DNA from: a virus
IMG/VR virus record: IMGVR_UViG_3300025543_000013
Span: 1 to 64,000 of that record
Reading direction: 5' to 3' (one strand)
Length of the DNA stretch: 64,000 nucleotides
In this document: piece after piece, positions 11,030 to 20,304 of the stretch
Position numbering within the stretch: position 1 is the stretch's first letter
Layout: each line of letters starts with the position of its first letter
The notes under the pieces: model-generated
Databases searched by the model: none
Told to the model about the DNA's origin: nothing
The model's input: only the letters and a program-made list of their open reading frames with translations
Translations under genes and position numbers: made by a program

Positions 11030-12033
11030 TGGAATACGACGTTTATTATTCAACCGGTGGTTTAAATATGATTGGTGGTGGAGCTGATGTATGGGTGAAC
11101 AAATGGTTAGAATTAATACCACAACACTTAAAAACAGAATCCAAGTTATTGATTCATAGAACCAGACCACCAGGACATCAACCAGATTGTCCTATGGAAG
11201 TTCATTGGCAAGGACACGATAGAAAAAAATTTAAAGAATTGATGTATAATGCCAGAAGAATAAATATTTTACACGGATATTATTCACCACACGTTTTCAT
11301 AGAAGAAAACAAAGACAAAATACATAGTGTGGGAATACATTGTTCCGTAAAAGATATTATGAAAGCACAATATGTATTGGGATTGGACAAAGGTTTTCAT
11401 TTTTATATGGAACCAAGATGGGAAAATGAAATTAAATCTTATGCGAAATATCCTTTTTGGATTGGTATTAATGACCCGAAATGGAAAGTTCAACACGACC
11501 ACTTAATCACAATACCAAACTTTTATGAATTTAAACATAATAAAGATGTTGTGGACAATAATAAAGTAGGTTTCGCCGCCAGAATGGAAACTCGTAAATG
11601 TCCACACTTCTTGGAAAATATCGATAGTTTATTTTTTACTGATGCAGCTGATGTTCAATGGTGGGAACGAAATCTAAACATTGATACATCAAAATGGAAA
11701 GTATATAATTATCGACACGAACAACACGATATGTTTATGAAACAAAATTGGGGTATATCTCACTCTGCACATATTTATGAACCATTTGGATATAGTATTT
11801 TTGAGGCAGTAGATTGGGGTAAGATACCGATTTTAGCACACGATTGGTTACCAGAATATGATTATCCGTTTAGAGCAAGTTCAAAACAAGAGTTTCACGA
11901 ACAATATCAGAATATTTGTGATTTAACACTACAAGAAAGACGAGATTATTTGTTTCCTTTACGAGATTACTTAAAACAATGGGATAATAAAGAACAATGG
12001 AGAGATAGATTACTCGAAATATACAATGAGTGA
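11029..12033 (+). CDS. GT-B fold glycosyltransferase (GT4-like)
   Basis: N-terminal GGGADVWV loop; EPFGYSIFEAVDWGKIPIL (E-x7-E) motif. Confidence 0.75.
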   Translation: MEYDVYYSTGGLNMIGGGADVWVNKWLELIPQHLKTESKLLIHRTRPPGHQPDCPMEVHWQGHDRKKFKELMYNARRINILHGYYSPHVFIEENKDKIHSVGIHCSVKDIMKAQYVLGLDKGFHFYMEPRWENEIKSYAKYPFWIGINDPKWKVQHDHLITIPNFYEFKHNKDVVDNNKVGFAARMETRKCPHFLENIDSLFFTDAADVQWWERNLNIDTSKWKVYNYRHEQHDMFMKQNWGISHSAHIYEPFGYSIFEAVDWGKIPILAHDWLPEYDYPFRASSKQEFHEQYQNICDLTLQERRDYLFPLRDYLKQWDNKEQWRDRLLEIYNE

Positions 12034-12041
12034 TATTTATA
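12032..12041 (+). promoter_or_regulatory. Candidate late promoter GATATTTATA
   Basis: Recurring motif, 3 nt before the ATG at 12045. Confidence 0.5.
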
Positions 12042-12044
12042 ATT

Positions 12045-13472
12045 ATGAGTACAACAGCAGGACAAAATTTATCATTAGGAAAGTTGAAACGAGCAGTTAG
12101 TTCGTCTATCAATGTTAACAATACAGCTAATTCATCATTAGGTAGTGTTAGTGGAAACGACACCAACACCAAAATGTCTGATTTTTCTATTGATTCAGTT
12201 GATTCAGTTACAGGATACACTTATCTTTGGGAACAAACATCAGAAGATTATCAAGTTAACTTTTCCAATAGTGGTTCAAGATTTAACGATAAAATTGCAT
12301 CCAATACAGCAAACTTTTCTTGGTCGTTTGACGGAAACCTTGATATAAGTTTTGGTGGAGCAGATTATATCGCAAGTGTAACTGCTGCAGCAATCAGTAA
12401 TCCAAACGGAGAAGTAGCAGGAACTTTTAATCAATCCGGTAGCTTAAAAGTAAAATTTGCAGAAGACGGACAATCAGACGGATTCAATGACCACGCAACA
12501 CGATACAATACTAATGTTTCTAAATCAATAGAAATCGTAGATACTTATGGTGGTGTTCCGGTTTGTTTATTATTCGGAAGTCCCGTAAGTAAATCAGACG
12601 GAACGGTTGTTAATGTTGAAGATTTAAATATCGGTGACGAAATTCTTACGGTAAAATTACCAAATGCAACAGATGAAGATGAAGGAACAGATTGGAAAAA
12701 CGATATCTTTAATCGAACCGGTAGTTTCACTCAACACTCTGCAAGTGTTATGAGAGTTTTGTATGAATTTTCACAACACTATTATGATATCAATAGTGGT
12801 TCAGAATATATTACGGGTGAACATCATATGTTGTATAGACAAGCAGGTTCAGAAAATTGGACTTGGAAAACCGCACCTAATTTTTCAGTCGGTGATTATC
12901 TAATGGATAAAAACGGAAACGAAGTTGCTATTAGTTCACTTGTTATAAACCAAGATTCAGACGGATACGAAGTTGTTCAATTAGATGTAGAACCAGATGA
13001 TTATTATGTTGGTTCAACTTTTGTAGTTCACAACAAAGGAAGTAATTCAGAACCAAGTTATCCAACAACTCAATGGTCAAACGCATCAGGAGATTTTAGT
13101 TTATCAATTCCAGACGGGTCTACTTCTATTGTTGATAATGTAATTTCTTTATTAAAATCAATTCAATTATCTAATGGAAGTGGAACAACATCATTTAGTT
13201 GTCAACAACCTTCCAATGGAAATGTTGAATTAAAAATAGCAGTATCCACAACTGGTGACCCAGGAACAAGTGGAACAGCAAACGGAGGAACAGGATTTGG
13301 TAACACTCAATCAAGTGTTGCAAATGCATCAACATATTATATGAGATTTAAACTTGTGGAAACAAAAGCAGCTGCTGGTAACTTATCTGCAGAAGCAAGA
13401 ACAATCACCATTACAAATAATGGAGTAAGTAACACAGATATTGATATTACTTGTAGTTTAACGAATATATAA
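12045..13472 (+). CDS. Virion/tail-associated protein with internal Hint (intein-like) domain
   Basis: Hint blocks CLLFGSPV (12564), ITGEH, VVQLDVEPDDYYVG, VVHN (ends 13034); S/T/G/N-rich flanks. Confidence 0.8.
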   Translation: MSTTAGQNLSLGKLKRAVSSSINVNNTANSSLGSVSGNDTNTKMSDFSIDSVDSVTGYTYLWEQTSEDYQVNFSNSGSRFNDKIASNTANFSWSFDGNLDISFGGADYIASVTAAAISNPNGEVAGTFNQSGSLKVKFAEDGQSDGFNDHATRYNTNVSKSIEIVDTYGGVPVCLLFGSPVSKSDGTVVNVEDLNIGDEILTVKLPNATDEDEGTDWKNDIFNRTGSFTQHSASVMRVLYEFSQHYYDINSGSEYITGEHHMLYRQAGSENWTWKTAPNFSVGDYLMDKNGNEVAISSLVINQDSDGYEVVQLDVEPDDYYVGSTFVVHNKGSNSEPSYPTTQWSNASGDFSLSIPDGSTSIVDNVISLLKSIQLSNGSGTTSFSCQQPSNGNVELKIAVSTTGDPGTSGTANGGTGFGNTQSSVANASTYYMRFKLVETKAAAGNLSAEARTITITNNGVSNTDIDITCSLTNI

Positions 13473-13475
13473 CAC

Positions 13476-13483
13476 TATTTATA
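13476..13483 (+). promoter_or_regulatory. Candidate late promoter TATTTATA
   Basis: Recurring motif in a 20-nt intergenic gap. Confidence 0.5.
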
Positions 13484-13492
13484 TAAAAGGTT

Positions 13493-14242
13493 ATGAAAAA
13501 AACAATACTCAATCACGAATATATAGAACAAGAAATCACTACAAATCAAGGAAAAGATTTTCGTTATCGTTGGTCTCACGGAGCAACCAACAAACATATG
13601 GGTGACGGAATGATACTTTATTCTTTGATGTATTTTTTTAAACCAAAAATATCAGTTTGTTTAGGTAGTGGTAATGGTTTTATTCCAAGAATAATGTCAA
13701 AAGTCAATGACGACTTAGAATACGAAGGATTTCATAAATCAGGAGAAAGACCAGAAACTTATTTAGTGGATGCGTTTAACGGAATAGCAGGAATTCCAGA
13801 TTGGGATACCAATAGCTTTTTTCCAAATAATTTTCGTGTTAATGTTTTGAAAACCACAACAGAAAAAGCATACTATGAATACTTTATCAAACGAGATATA
13901 AAAATAGATATGTTGTGGATAGACGCTGACCACACTTACGAAGGTATAAAAAAAGATTTTGATTTGTATTCACAGATTATGAGTGATAATGGAATTATAA
14001 TGATTCACGATACAGATAAAAACTATGTAGATAATTTTATTGAAGTAGAAAATCACGAAGAATATGATTTATCAGGCCCAAATGAGTGGTTAAAGAAATT
14101 TTTAATCAGTCATCAACAAGACCAATACGAAGTATTGAATTTATTTAATTACGGAATAGAAAAAGACTTTCCAAGTTCAACCGGTGTAACGATATTGAGA
14201 AAAAAGAAAGTCGGAGAATTTTTTAAGGATAGGATAGTTTAG
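13493..14242 (+). CDS. Class I SAM-dependent methyltransferase (Methyltransf_24-like)
   Basis: VCLGSGNG, IDMLWIDADHTYEG, GIIMIHD motifs. Confidence 0.8.
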   Translation: MKKTILNHEYIEQEITTNQGKDFRYRWSHGATNKHMGDGMILYSLMYFFKPKISVCLGSGNGFIPRIMSKVNDDLEYEGFHKSGERPETYLVDAFNGIAGIPDWDTNSFFPNNFRVNVLKTTTEKAYYEYFIKRDIKIDMLWIDADHTYEGIKKDFDLYSQIMSDNGIIMIHDTDKNYVDNFIEVENHEEYDLSGPNEWLKKFLISHQQDQYEVLNLFNYGIEKDFPSSTGVTILRKKKVGEFFKDRIV

Positions 14243-14943
14243 TGAAACTAACAGGTTTTGGTTGTAGTTATATGTGGGGTTGGCCTGATGGTAATAATGA
14301 AAATTCATTGGGTTATCAAGTATCACAATTACTAAATATGGACTTTGTAAATTTAGCAAGACAAGGTTCTGGTAATGATTTAATTTATCAAACACTATTA
14401 ACAAATCATCAATCAGGTGTGATTAATCCAAAAGACAATTTTATATTAATAGGTTGGTCTGAGGGATTTAGAAGAAAAGTTTTTTACAAAGATAAAGTTT
14501 GGGAAATATTCAGACCACACACAACATTACAAAATCCAGACAAAGAATATTGGGATGCACATACAGAATACTTATTTTCAGACTATTTTATGAATACCAA
14601 TCAAATGTATTATGATTCATTAAAAAATATTATAGGTTCATATCATTTATTAGAAAACTATGGATATAAATATTTGATGTTTGATGCTATGACTATATTG
14701 AATGATGGACAAGGTAGTGATATAGATGACTACACTATAAATCCACATTGGATTCCACAAGAATTTATTGATATAAAAAAATCTATAAAAAATTATTTTA
14801 CTGATATTCAATATAATCATTTTTTAATAAAATTAAAAGATGAAGGTGAAGTTTGGCCGTATTACTCAAAAACTGATTTTCACCCAAATGAATATGGAGC
14901 AAAAGAATATGCAAAGCTATTATATGAAGAAATTAATAAATAA
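14242..14943 (+). CDS. SGNH/GDSL-like protein, paralogue 1
   Basis: GCSYMWG block I, NLARQGSGN block II, C-terminal DFHPNEYG. Confidence 0.7.
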   Translation: MKLTGFGCSYMWGWPDGNNENSLGYQVSQLLNMDFVNLARQGSGNDLIYQTLLTNHQSGVINPKDNFILIGWSEGFRRKVFYKDKVWEIFRPHTTLQNPDKEYWDAHTEYLFSDYFMNTNQMYYDSLKNIIGSYHLLENYGYKYLMFDAMTILNDGQGSDIDDYTINPHWIPQEFIDIKKSIKNYFTDIQYNHFLIKLKDEGEVWPYYSKTDFHPNEYGAKEYAKLLYEEINK

Positions 14944-15967
14944 CAGATTTTGTAGACAACCTTGGTCATTTGTAGAGGTTCATCAAAACGGAGATATATG
15001 GAATTGTTGTCCAAGTTGGATTACAAAACCAATGGGTAATATATTGGAACAATCTTGGGAAGAAGTTTGGAACGGAAATATTGCACAAGAATATAGACAA
15101 TCTATGATTGATTCTACTTTTAAAAATTGTATTGAAACAAATTGTCCACACTTACTAAGTAAAACTTTAACTAAAGAATCACCCGTATTTGAAAAGGACG
15201 ACTTAAATTTACTATGGAAAAAACTAAAAGTCAAGGATAATTCTGGCCCATTAGTAGTAAATTTTTGTTATGATTCAAGTTGTAACTTATCGTGTCCAAG
15301 TTGTAGAACAGAATTACAAATGTGTTCCCCTAAGTCTGATGAATATAAAAATATAGAAAAAATACACGATATAGTTATTAATGAAATTATTAAGGACGCT
15401 TATAGATTATATATTACCGGAACAGGTGACCCATTTGCAAGTCCATTTTTTAGAAACTTTTTACAAACTTTTGACAAATCAAAATATAAAAATATCGGCA
15501 TGATACATTTACACACTAATGCTAATCTTTGGACAGAACCAATGTGGAAATCAATGAGTAATGTTCACGAGTTAGTAAAATCAGTTGAGATATCTATTGA
15601 TGCTGGAACAAAGGAAACTTATGAAAAAGTAAGAAGAAACGGAGATTGGAATATATTGATGAAAAATTTAGATTACATCAATACAATTAAAACATTAGAA
15701 AATGTAAAATTAAGTTTTGTCATACAAGATGACAATTATAAAGAAATGGAATTATTTGAAAATCTAAAACATAAACTAAATAACATTCCAAGAGTTAGAA
15801 CTCATTATTATAAATTATTAGATTGGGGTTCTATGAAAAACTATGAAGAAAAAGCAGTGTGGAAATCAACACATAAAAACTTTACAGAATTTAAATCTAT
15901 ATGGAAAGATTTTGAAAAAACAATCAATCCAGAAAATACAACACACAACTTATTAGGAGTATTATGA
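14924..15967 (+). CDS. Radical SAM protein with N-terminal SPASM/twitch domain
   Basis: CRQPW...NGDIWNCC...GNI...EVWNG...C, then CNLSCPSC and ITGTGDPF; ATG at 14924 preferred. Confidence 0.85.
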   Translation: MKKLINNRFCRQPWSFVEVHQNGDIWNCCPSWITKPMGNILEQSWEEVWNGNIAQEYRQSMIDSTFKNCIETNCPHLLSKTLTKESPVFEKDDLNLLWKKLKVKDNSGPLVVNFCYDSSCNLSCPSCRTELQMCSPKSDEYKNIEKIHDIVINEIIKDAYRLYITGTGDPFASPFFRNFLQTFDKSKYKNIGMIHLHTNANLWTEPMWKSMSNVHELVKSVEISIDAGTKETYEKVRRNGDWNILMKNLDYINTIKTLENVKLSFVIQDDNYKEMELFENLKHKLNNIPRVRTHYYKLLDWGSMKNYEEKAVWKSTHKNFTEFKSIWKDFEKTINPENTTHNLLGVL

Positions 15968-16803
15968 ACTTAGTTACAGTTTGTGGACACAACACAACAA
16001 TGTTATATCATATGTTAAATCATTATCATTTACATATGGACGAGATATTTGTAGTGTTGTATGCACATCACAAGAAAGACCCAGTTATCGAAGAAGCACA
16101 ATTTATTTTGGAAAAATTTAACTTAAAACCACACAAAATAGTTATTGAAGAAGCATTCAATTGGAATCGTGTTACTGACCATTACAACGAAACCAAATTA
16201 CTAAAACCAGATGATTGGTGGATAGTCGCAGATGACGACGAATTACAATTATATTCTAAACCAACTTGGGAAATTATTGAGGAGTGTGAAGAATTTGGAT
16301 ATGAATTCGTTACAGGTGGTTTCGTGGATAGAATAGGAGACAACGGAGATTTTCCTAAAATCACTATGGAATCAGATGTATGGAAAGAAATGCCACAAGC
16401 AGGATTTTTCAGATATCCTATGAGTTATGCTTGTCCAAACAAAGTAACTCTAATGAAAGGTAAAGTTAAAGTTTGTTCAGGACAACATTATGTTTTGTTT
16501 GAAGATGGAAATTCTTCTTGGGGTTCAGAACACCCTAAACGATATCCAATAGAAAAAAACTTTACACAAGTTCATCATTTTAAATGGGATTATTCAGTAT
16601 TGGAACGATTGAAACAAGTTAGTACTTCCACTGCAGTAGAAGCATTTGCACAAGAATACAAATTGATGTTGGACGAAATAGAAAAAAGTGATTTTAAAAT
16701 AGATTTAACCAAACCAGAATTTATGTTCCAAAGATTAGACATTCCTAATTATCACAAATTAGAAAATTGGGAAGAATTAAGAAAAAAAATCGTAACGATT
16801 TAG
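15964..16803 (+). CDS. GT-A fold glycosyltransferase (GT2-like)
   Basis: WWIVADDDEL DxD motif; GQH and VHHFKW motifs. Confidence 0.7.
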   Translation: MNLVTVCGHNTTMLYHMLNHYHLHMDEIFVVLYAHHKKDPVIEEAQFILEKFNLKPHKIVIEEAFNWNRVTDHYNETKLLKPDDWWIVADDDELQLYSKPTWEIIEECEEFGYEFVTGGFVDRIGDNGDFPKITMESDVWKEMPQAGFFRYPMSYACPNKVTLMKGKVKVCSGQHYVLFEDGNSSWGSEHPKRYPIEKNFTQVHHFKWDYSVLERLKQVSTSTAVEAFAQEYKLMLDEIEKSDFKIDLTKPEFMFQRLDIPNYHKLENWEELRKKIVTI

Positions 16804-16813
16804 TAATTAATTT

Positions 16814-16823
16814 GATATTTATT
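16814..16823 (+). promoter_or_regulatory. Candidate late promoter GATATTTATT
   Basis: Recurring intergenic motif. Confidence 0.55.
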
Positions 16824-16854
16824 AATACAGTTATAAACAAAACGAGGTTATAAT

Positions 16855-17046
16855 ATGCCACAAGATAATAAACACCAGTTAATGTTAGAAGAAAGAAAAG
16901 TAAAAGCACTTGAGAAAATTGCTAATGTTTTAGATGCTTTAACACTTTGGTTTGAAGACATTGACAAAGAAGAATGGTCAAATAGAACACAATACTATTT
17001 GGCTGAATTCCACAAATCATTAGACATCAAAGAAGATAAGAAGTAA
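16855..17046 (+). CDS. Small hypothetical protein
   Basis: GAGG RBS, own promoter motif, fills the gap between genes. Confidence 0.7.
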   Translation: MPQDNKHQLMLEERKVKALEKIANVLDALTLWFEDIDKEEWSNRTQYYLAEFHKSLDIKEDKK

Positions 17047-17048
17047 AA

Positions 17049-18467
17049 ATGAAACTTGGAATAATTGTTCCTTATCGTAAACGACCAGGACATCTTCGAA
17101 AGTTTCGTGAATCTATTGAATCTTATTTGAAAGACCAAGATTATGAATTAATCGTGGTTGAACAAGCAGATGATTTACCTTTTAATCGTGGTAAGTTATT
17201 AAATATAGGATTTCAACAGGCAATTAGAAAACAATGTGATTATGTTGTGTTTCACGACGTTGATATGTTACCAATCAATGTAGATTATTCTTATTCAGAT
17301 GTTCCAATTCACCTTGCCAATGGATTTACCAATTCCGATAGAGAAATATTCGACACATACTTCGGTGGTGTAACTATGTTCCCTATTGATTTATTCAAAA
17401 AGGTAAATGGTTATTCCAACGAATATTGGGGTTGGGGATTTGAAGATGATGATTTGTTAATGCGATTAACAGAACAAAACATTCTAACCGACACAAAAAC
17501 TTACGAAGTTCCAAAACTTAATACATCAGGAATTTATCTACACGGAGATGAAAGTTATATCGAGTGTCCAAACACCATAGATTTAAATAAAGATTTTACC
17601 ATACACATTTCGTTCAAACCAGATGAAATTATTCCCGAATACAACAAAGACTTTGATGAATATTGTGTATTTAGTATTCCAGGTTGGGACACAACCATAG
17701 CATACAATTCTTTCAACAGATATAAATTTGAATATTGGGACACACAAAAAAATTGTCAATCAATAAATTCTAAATATGCATATCCACAATACACCAATAT
17801 TACGATTACTCACGACAGGTCAAACAGACATTTAGCAATGTATCAAGACGGACAATTAGTTGGAGAACAAATTCTTAGAAGAAGTTTTTTAGACACAAAA
17901 AGGGCTTGGTTCTACATTGGGATTGGAGACAAAAGAGAACACGATAGAAAAAGTTTTCGTGGATTTGTCAATGAATTTGGTTATTGGGACAAACCATTAC
18001 AAAAAAATGAAATACAAGAATTACATCAATCACAAGGATTTAGTTTACTAAATAATTACGAACAATACAATAGTTCAGATAATTTAAAAATTTACTATGA
18101 TTTCAAACATATCAAATTAGATGAAAATTACAAGTATGATTCCGGTCAAGTATTGAATTTAAAAACAAACGAATATGACGCAACATCATATCATTCAATA
18201 CCTAAAACCATACAAGACATTGAATCAAAAACCATAGCTATTCCCGCCAGAAGAAATAGTTTGTTTGAAATGATAGAACACGAATCTGAAGGATACTTTG
18301 AGGGTGGTTGGAAATCCAAATCCACAAGATTAAATCAGTTGAGGTTTTATAATGAAATCTTAAACAATGAAACTAATTTAGATTCAGATGGACTTTCCAC
18401 ACTTAAATATACGAAAGTTTCCGATACAAGTCAAGAAAAATATTCATTTATTTCGGTGGAGTTGTAA
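17049..18467 (+). CDS. GT7 (beta-1,4-galactosyltransferase-like) with inserted LamG/ConA-like domain
   Basis: IIVPYR, FNRGKLLNIG, FHDVDMLP, YFGGV, NGYSNEYWGWGFEDDDL; LamG-like DFTI...MYQDG...FYIG...FRGFVNEFGYWDKPL; closing H and DGLSTLKY. Confidence 0.85.
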   Translation: MKLGIIVPYRKRPGHLRKFRESIESYLKDQDYELIVVEQADDLPFNRGKLLNIGFQQAIRKQCDYVVFHDVDMLPINVDYSYSDVPIHLANGFTNSDREIFDTYFGGVTMFPIDLFKKVNGYSNEYWGWGFEDDDLLMRLTEQNILTDTKTYEVPKLNTSGIYLHGDESYIECPNTIDLNKDFTIHISFKPDEIIPEYNKDFDEYCVFSIPGWDTTIAYNSFNRYKFEYWDTQKNCQSINSKYAYPQYTNITITHDRSNRHLAMYQDGQLVGEQILRRSFLDTKRAWFYIGIGDKREHDRKSFRGFVNEFGYWDKPLQKNEIQELHQSQGFSLLNNYEQYNSSDNLKIYYDFKHIKLDENYKYDSGQVLNLKTNEYDATSYHSIPKTIQDIESKTIAIPARRNSLFEMIEHESEGYFEGGWKSKSTRLNQLRFYNEILNNETNLDSDGLSTLKYTKVSDTSQEKYSFISVEL

Positions 18468-18868
18468 TGTATAAAATAGGAGTAATGGCAGGAAATTATG
18501 ATATAATTCATCCAGGTTATATCTATGCTTTCAAAGAAGCAAAATCTTTGTGTGAGAAATTTATCATATTGTTACATACAGACCCAAGTATAGAAAGACC
18601 AGAAAAATTAAAACCCGTATTATCTATTAAAGAACGACTTGATATTTTACACTCTATTCGTTATATTGATTTTGTCGTTCAATACGATACTGAAAAAGAT
18701 TTACTCGGATTAATTAAATGGTTAAATCCAGATGTAAGATTTATCGGAGATGATTATCGTGATAAACGATTTACCGGTGATGACTTAGGTATCACAACAC
18801 ATTATATTAATCGTGACCACGGCTGGTCAACTACTAAATTTAAAACCTTAATATCTAAAACACTATGA
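18467..18868 (+). CDS. Cytidylyltransferase (glycerol-3-phosphate CTase/TagD-like)
   Basis: GNYDIIHPGY (HxGH variant), ERL..L, GDDY, STTK. Confidence 0.8.
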   Translation: MYKIGVMAGNYDIIHPGYIYAFKEAKSLCEKFIILLHTDPSIERPEKLKPVLSIKERLDILHSIRYIDFVVQYDTEKDLLGLIKWLNPDVRFIGDDYRDKRFTGDDLGITTHYINRDHGWSTTKFKTLISKTL

Positions 18869-20304
18869 AGTTAGGAATTTGCATACCATACCGAGATAAC
18901 GGAGACGGAGTTCGTTTTGGACACTTGGATAGATTAATTCCACACTTGGAAGAATTCTTAGGAAAACAAGGTATTGACTTTACTTGTTATGTTGGACATC
19001 AAATAGACAACGGAAAATTTCACAGAAGTGGAACAAAAAATGTTGCCTATCTACAAGCCAAAAAAGACGGGTGTGATTACTTTGCATTCCAAGATGTCGA
19101 TATGTTACCACACGACGATTGTTATTATGGTCATCCCGGCGATACACCAAAACATATCGCAACTTATCTTTCACAATGGGGGTATACTTTACGAGATAAC
19201 GAATACTTTGGTGGAGTAGTGATATTCACAGGTGAACAATTTGAAAATGTCAACGGATACAACACCGAATATGTTGGTTGGGGTATGGAAGACGACGATT
19301 TATATTGGAGATGTGTAAAAAAAGGTTACTTTACACAACCGACTTTTGATACCATTAAACAAAAAATGGTTTTATCTTTGGACGGAAAATCTACTCATAT
19401 CAAAATACCACCAACACCACAACTTCGCAGATTACTAATGGATAGTTTCAATATACAGATTATATGTAAACCGGAAATACCAGAACACGAACCAGAACAC
19501 CTAATCGGTAAAGGTAATAACAGATATCTAAAGTATCCAATATTATCAAAAGTAGGATATGACTTTGGTATTGATTATAATAATTCAAATGCTTTCGCAG
19601 CTTCAATGTGGGATTGGAAAAACCAACACATATATCGTTGGAGAAAAAGGTATCAGGATAATTGGACAAAAGTTAATTTAATTCACGACAAAGAAAAACA
19701 AACCATTAGTTTTCAATTAAACGACCAAGACTTAGGAAAAAAATTCGGTATTCAACAATCAACAATTCATTATAAAGAAAGATTAAAACGATATGGAAAT
19801 AATCCATTTTGGTTAGGGTGTAATGACCCACATGCTTGGGAAGGACAACGATTTTTCAAAGGTGAAATAGCAGAAGTAAAAATATGGGATAATTATAATG
19901 ATTTAATCTTACATTACGATATGACTAAATCAATATGTTGTGACCAAGGTTGTCGTAGATGTAAAGGAGATGAAGTAAAAGATTTAAGTGGAAATGAAAA
20001 TCACGGAGAAATTTATAATCGTGGTATTAGATTTTTGTATGACAAAGAAGTAATCAAATACAATCCAGAACCACATAGAAGATATGGAACTATGGAGTGT
20101 ATGTATCACGACGACGAAGGAATAGTAAACAATCAATTTCAAGGAGATGTAGAACAAACCAGTAAAAACGAAATCCTTTACAGAAAGAAAATGCAAAAGG
20201 GTGAAGTAGATATTGATAATTCAGGACTAAGACAAATGAAATATGATATTCATAGTATTGATACTATTTATAATAGACACAAGTTAATTAATGTAAGGTT
20301 TTAG
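18865..20304 (+). CDS. GT7 with inserted LamG-like domain, paralogue 2
   Basis: ICIPYR, FQDVDMLP, YFGGV, NGYNTEYVGWGMEDDDL; FWLG...FFKGEIAEVKIWD...DLSGNENHG. Confidence 0.85.
   Translation: MKLGICIPYRDNGDGVRFGHLDRLIPHLEEFLGKQGIDFTCYVGHQIDNGKFHRSGTKNVAYLQAKKDGCDYFAFQDVDMLPHDDCYYGHPGDTPKHIATYLSQWGYTLRDNEYFGGVVIFTGEQFENVNGYNTEYVGWGMEDDDLYWRCVKKGYFTQPTFDTIKQKMVLSLDGKSTHIKIPPTPQLRRLLMDSFNIQIICKPEIPEHEPEHLIGKGNNRYLKYPILSKVGYDFGIDYNNSNAFAASMWDWKNQHIYRWRKRYQDNWTKVNLIHDKEKQTISFQLNDQDLGKKFGIQQSTIHYKERLKRYGNNPFWLGCNDPHAWEGQRFFKGEIAEVKIWDNYNDLILHYDMTKSICCDQGCRRCKGDEVKDLSGNENHGEIYNRGIRFLYDKEVIKYNPEPHRRYGTMECMYHDDEGIVNNQFQGDVEQTSKNEILYRKKMQKGEVDIDNSGLRQMKYDIHSIDTIYNRHKLINVRF

Noticed and set aside
12564-13034. 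Mobile self-splicing intein
   Set aside because: No homing endonuclease, and +1 is Lys rather than Cys/Ser/Thr
1824-13472. Diversity-generating retroelement acting on the fibre genes
   Set aside because: No reverse transcriptase and no repeat pair differing only at adenines seen in this window
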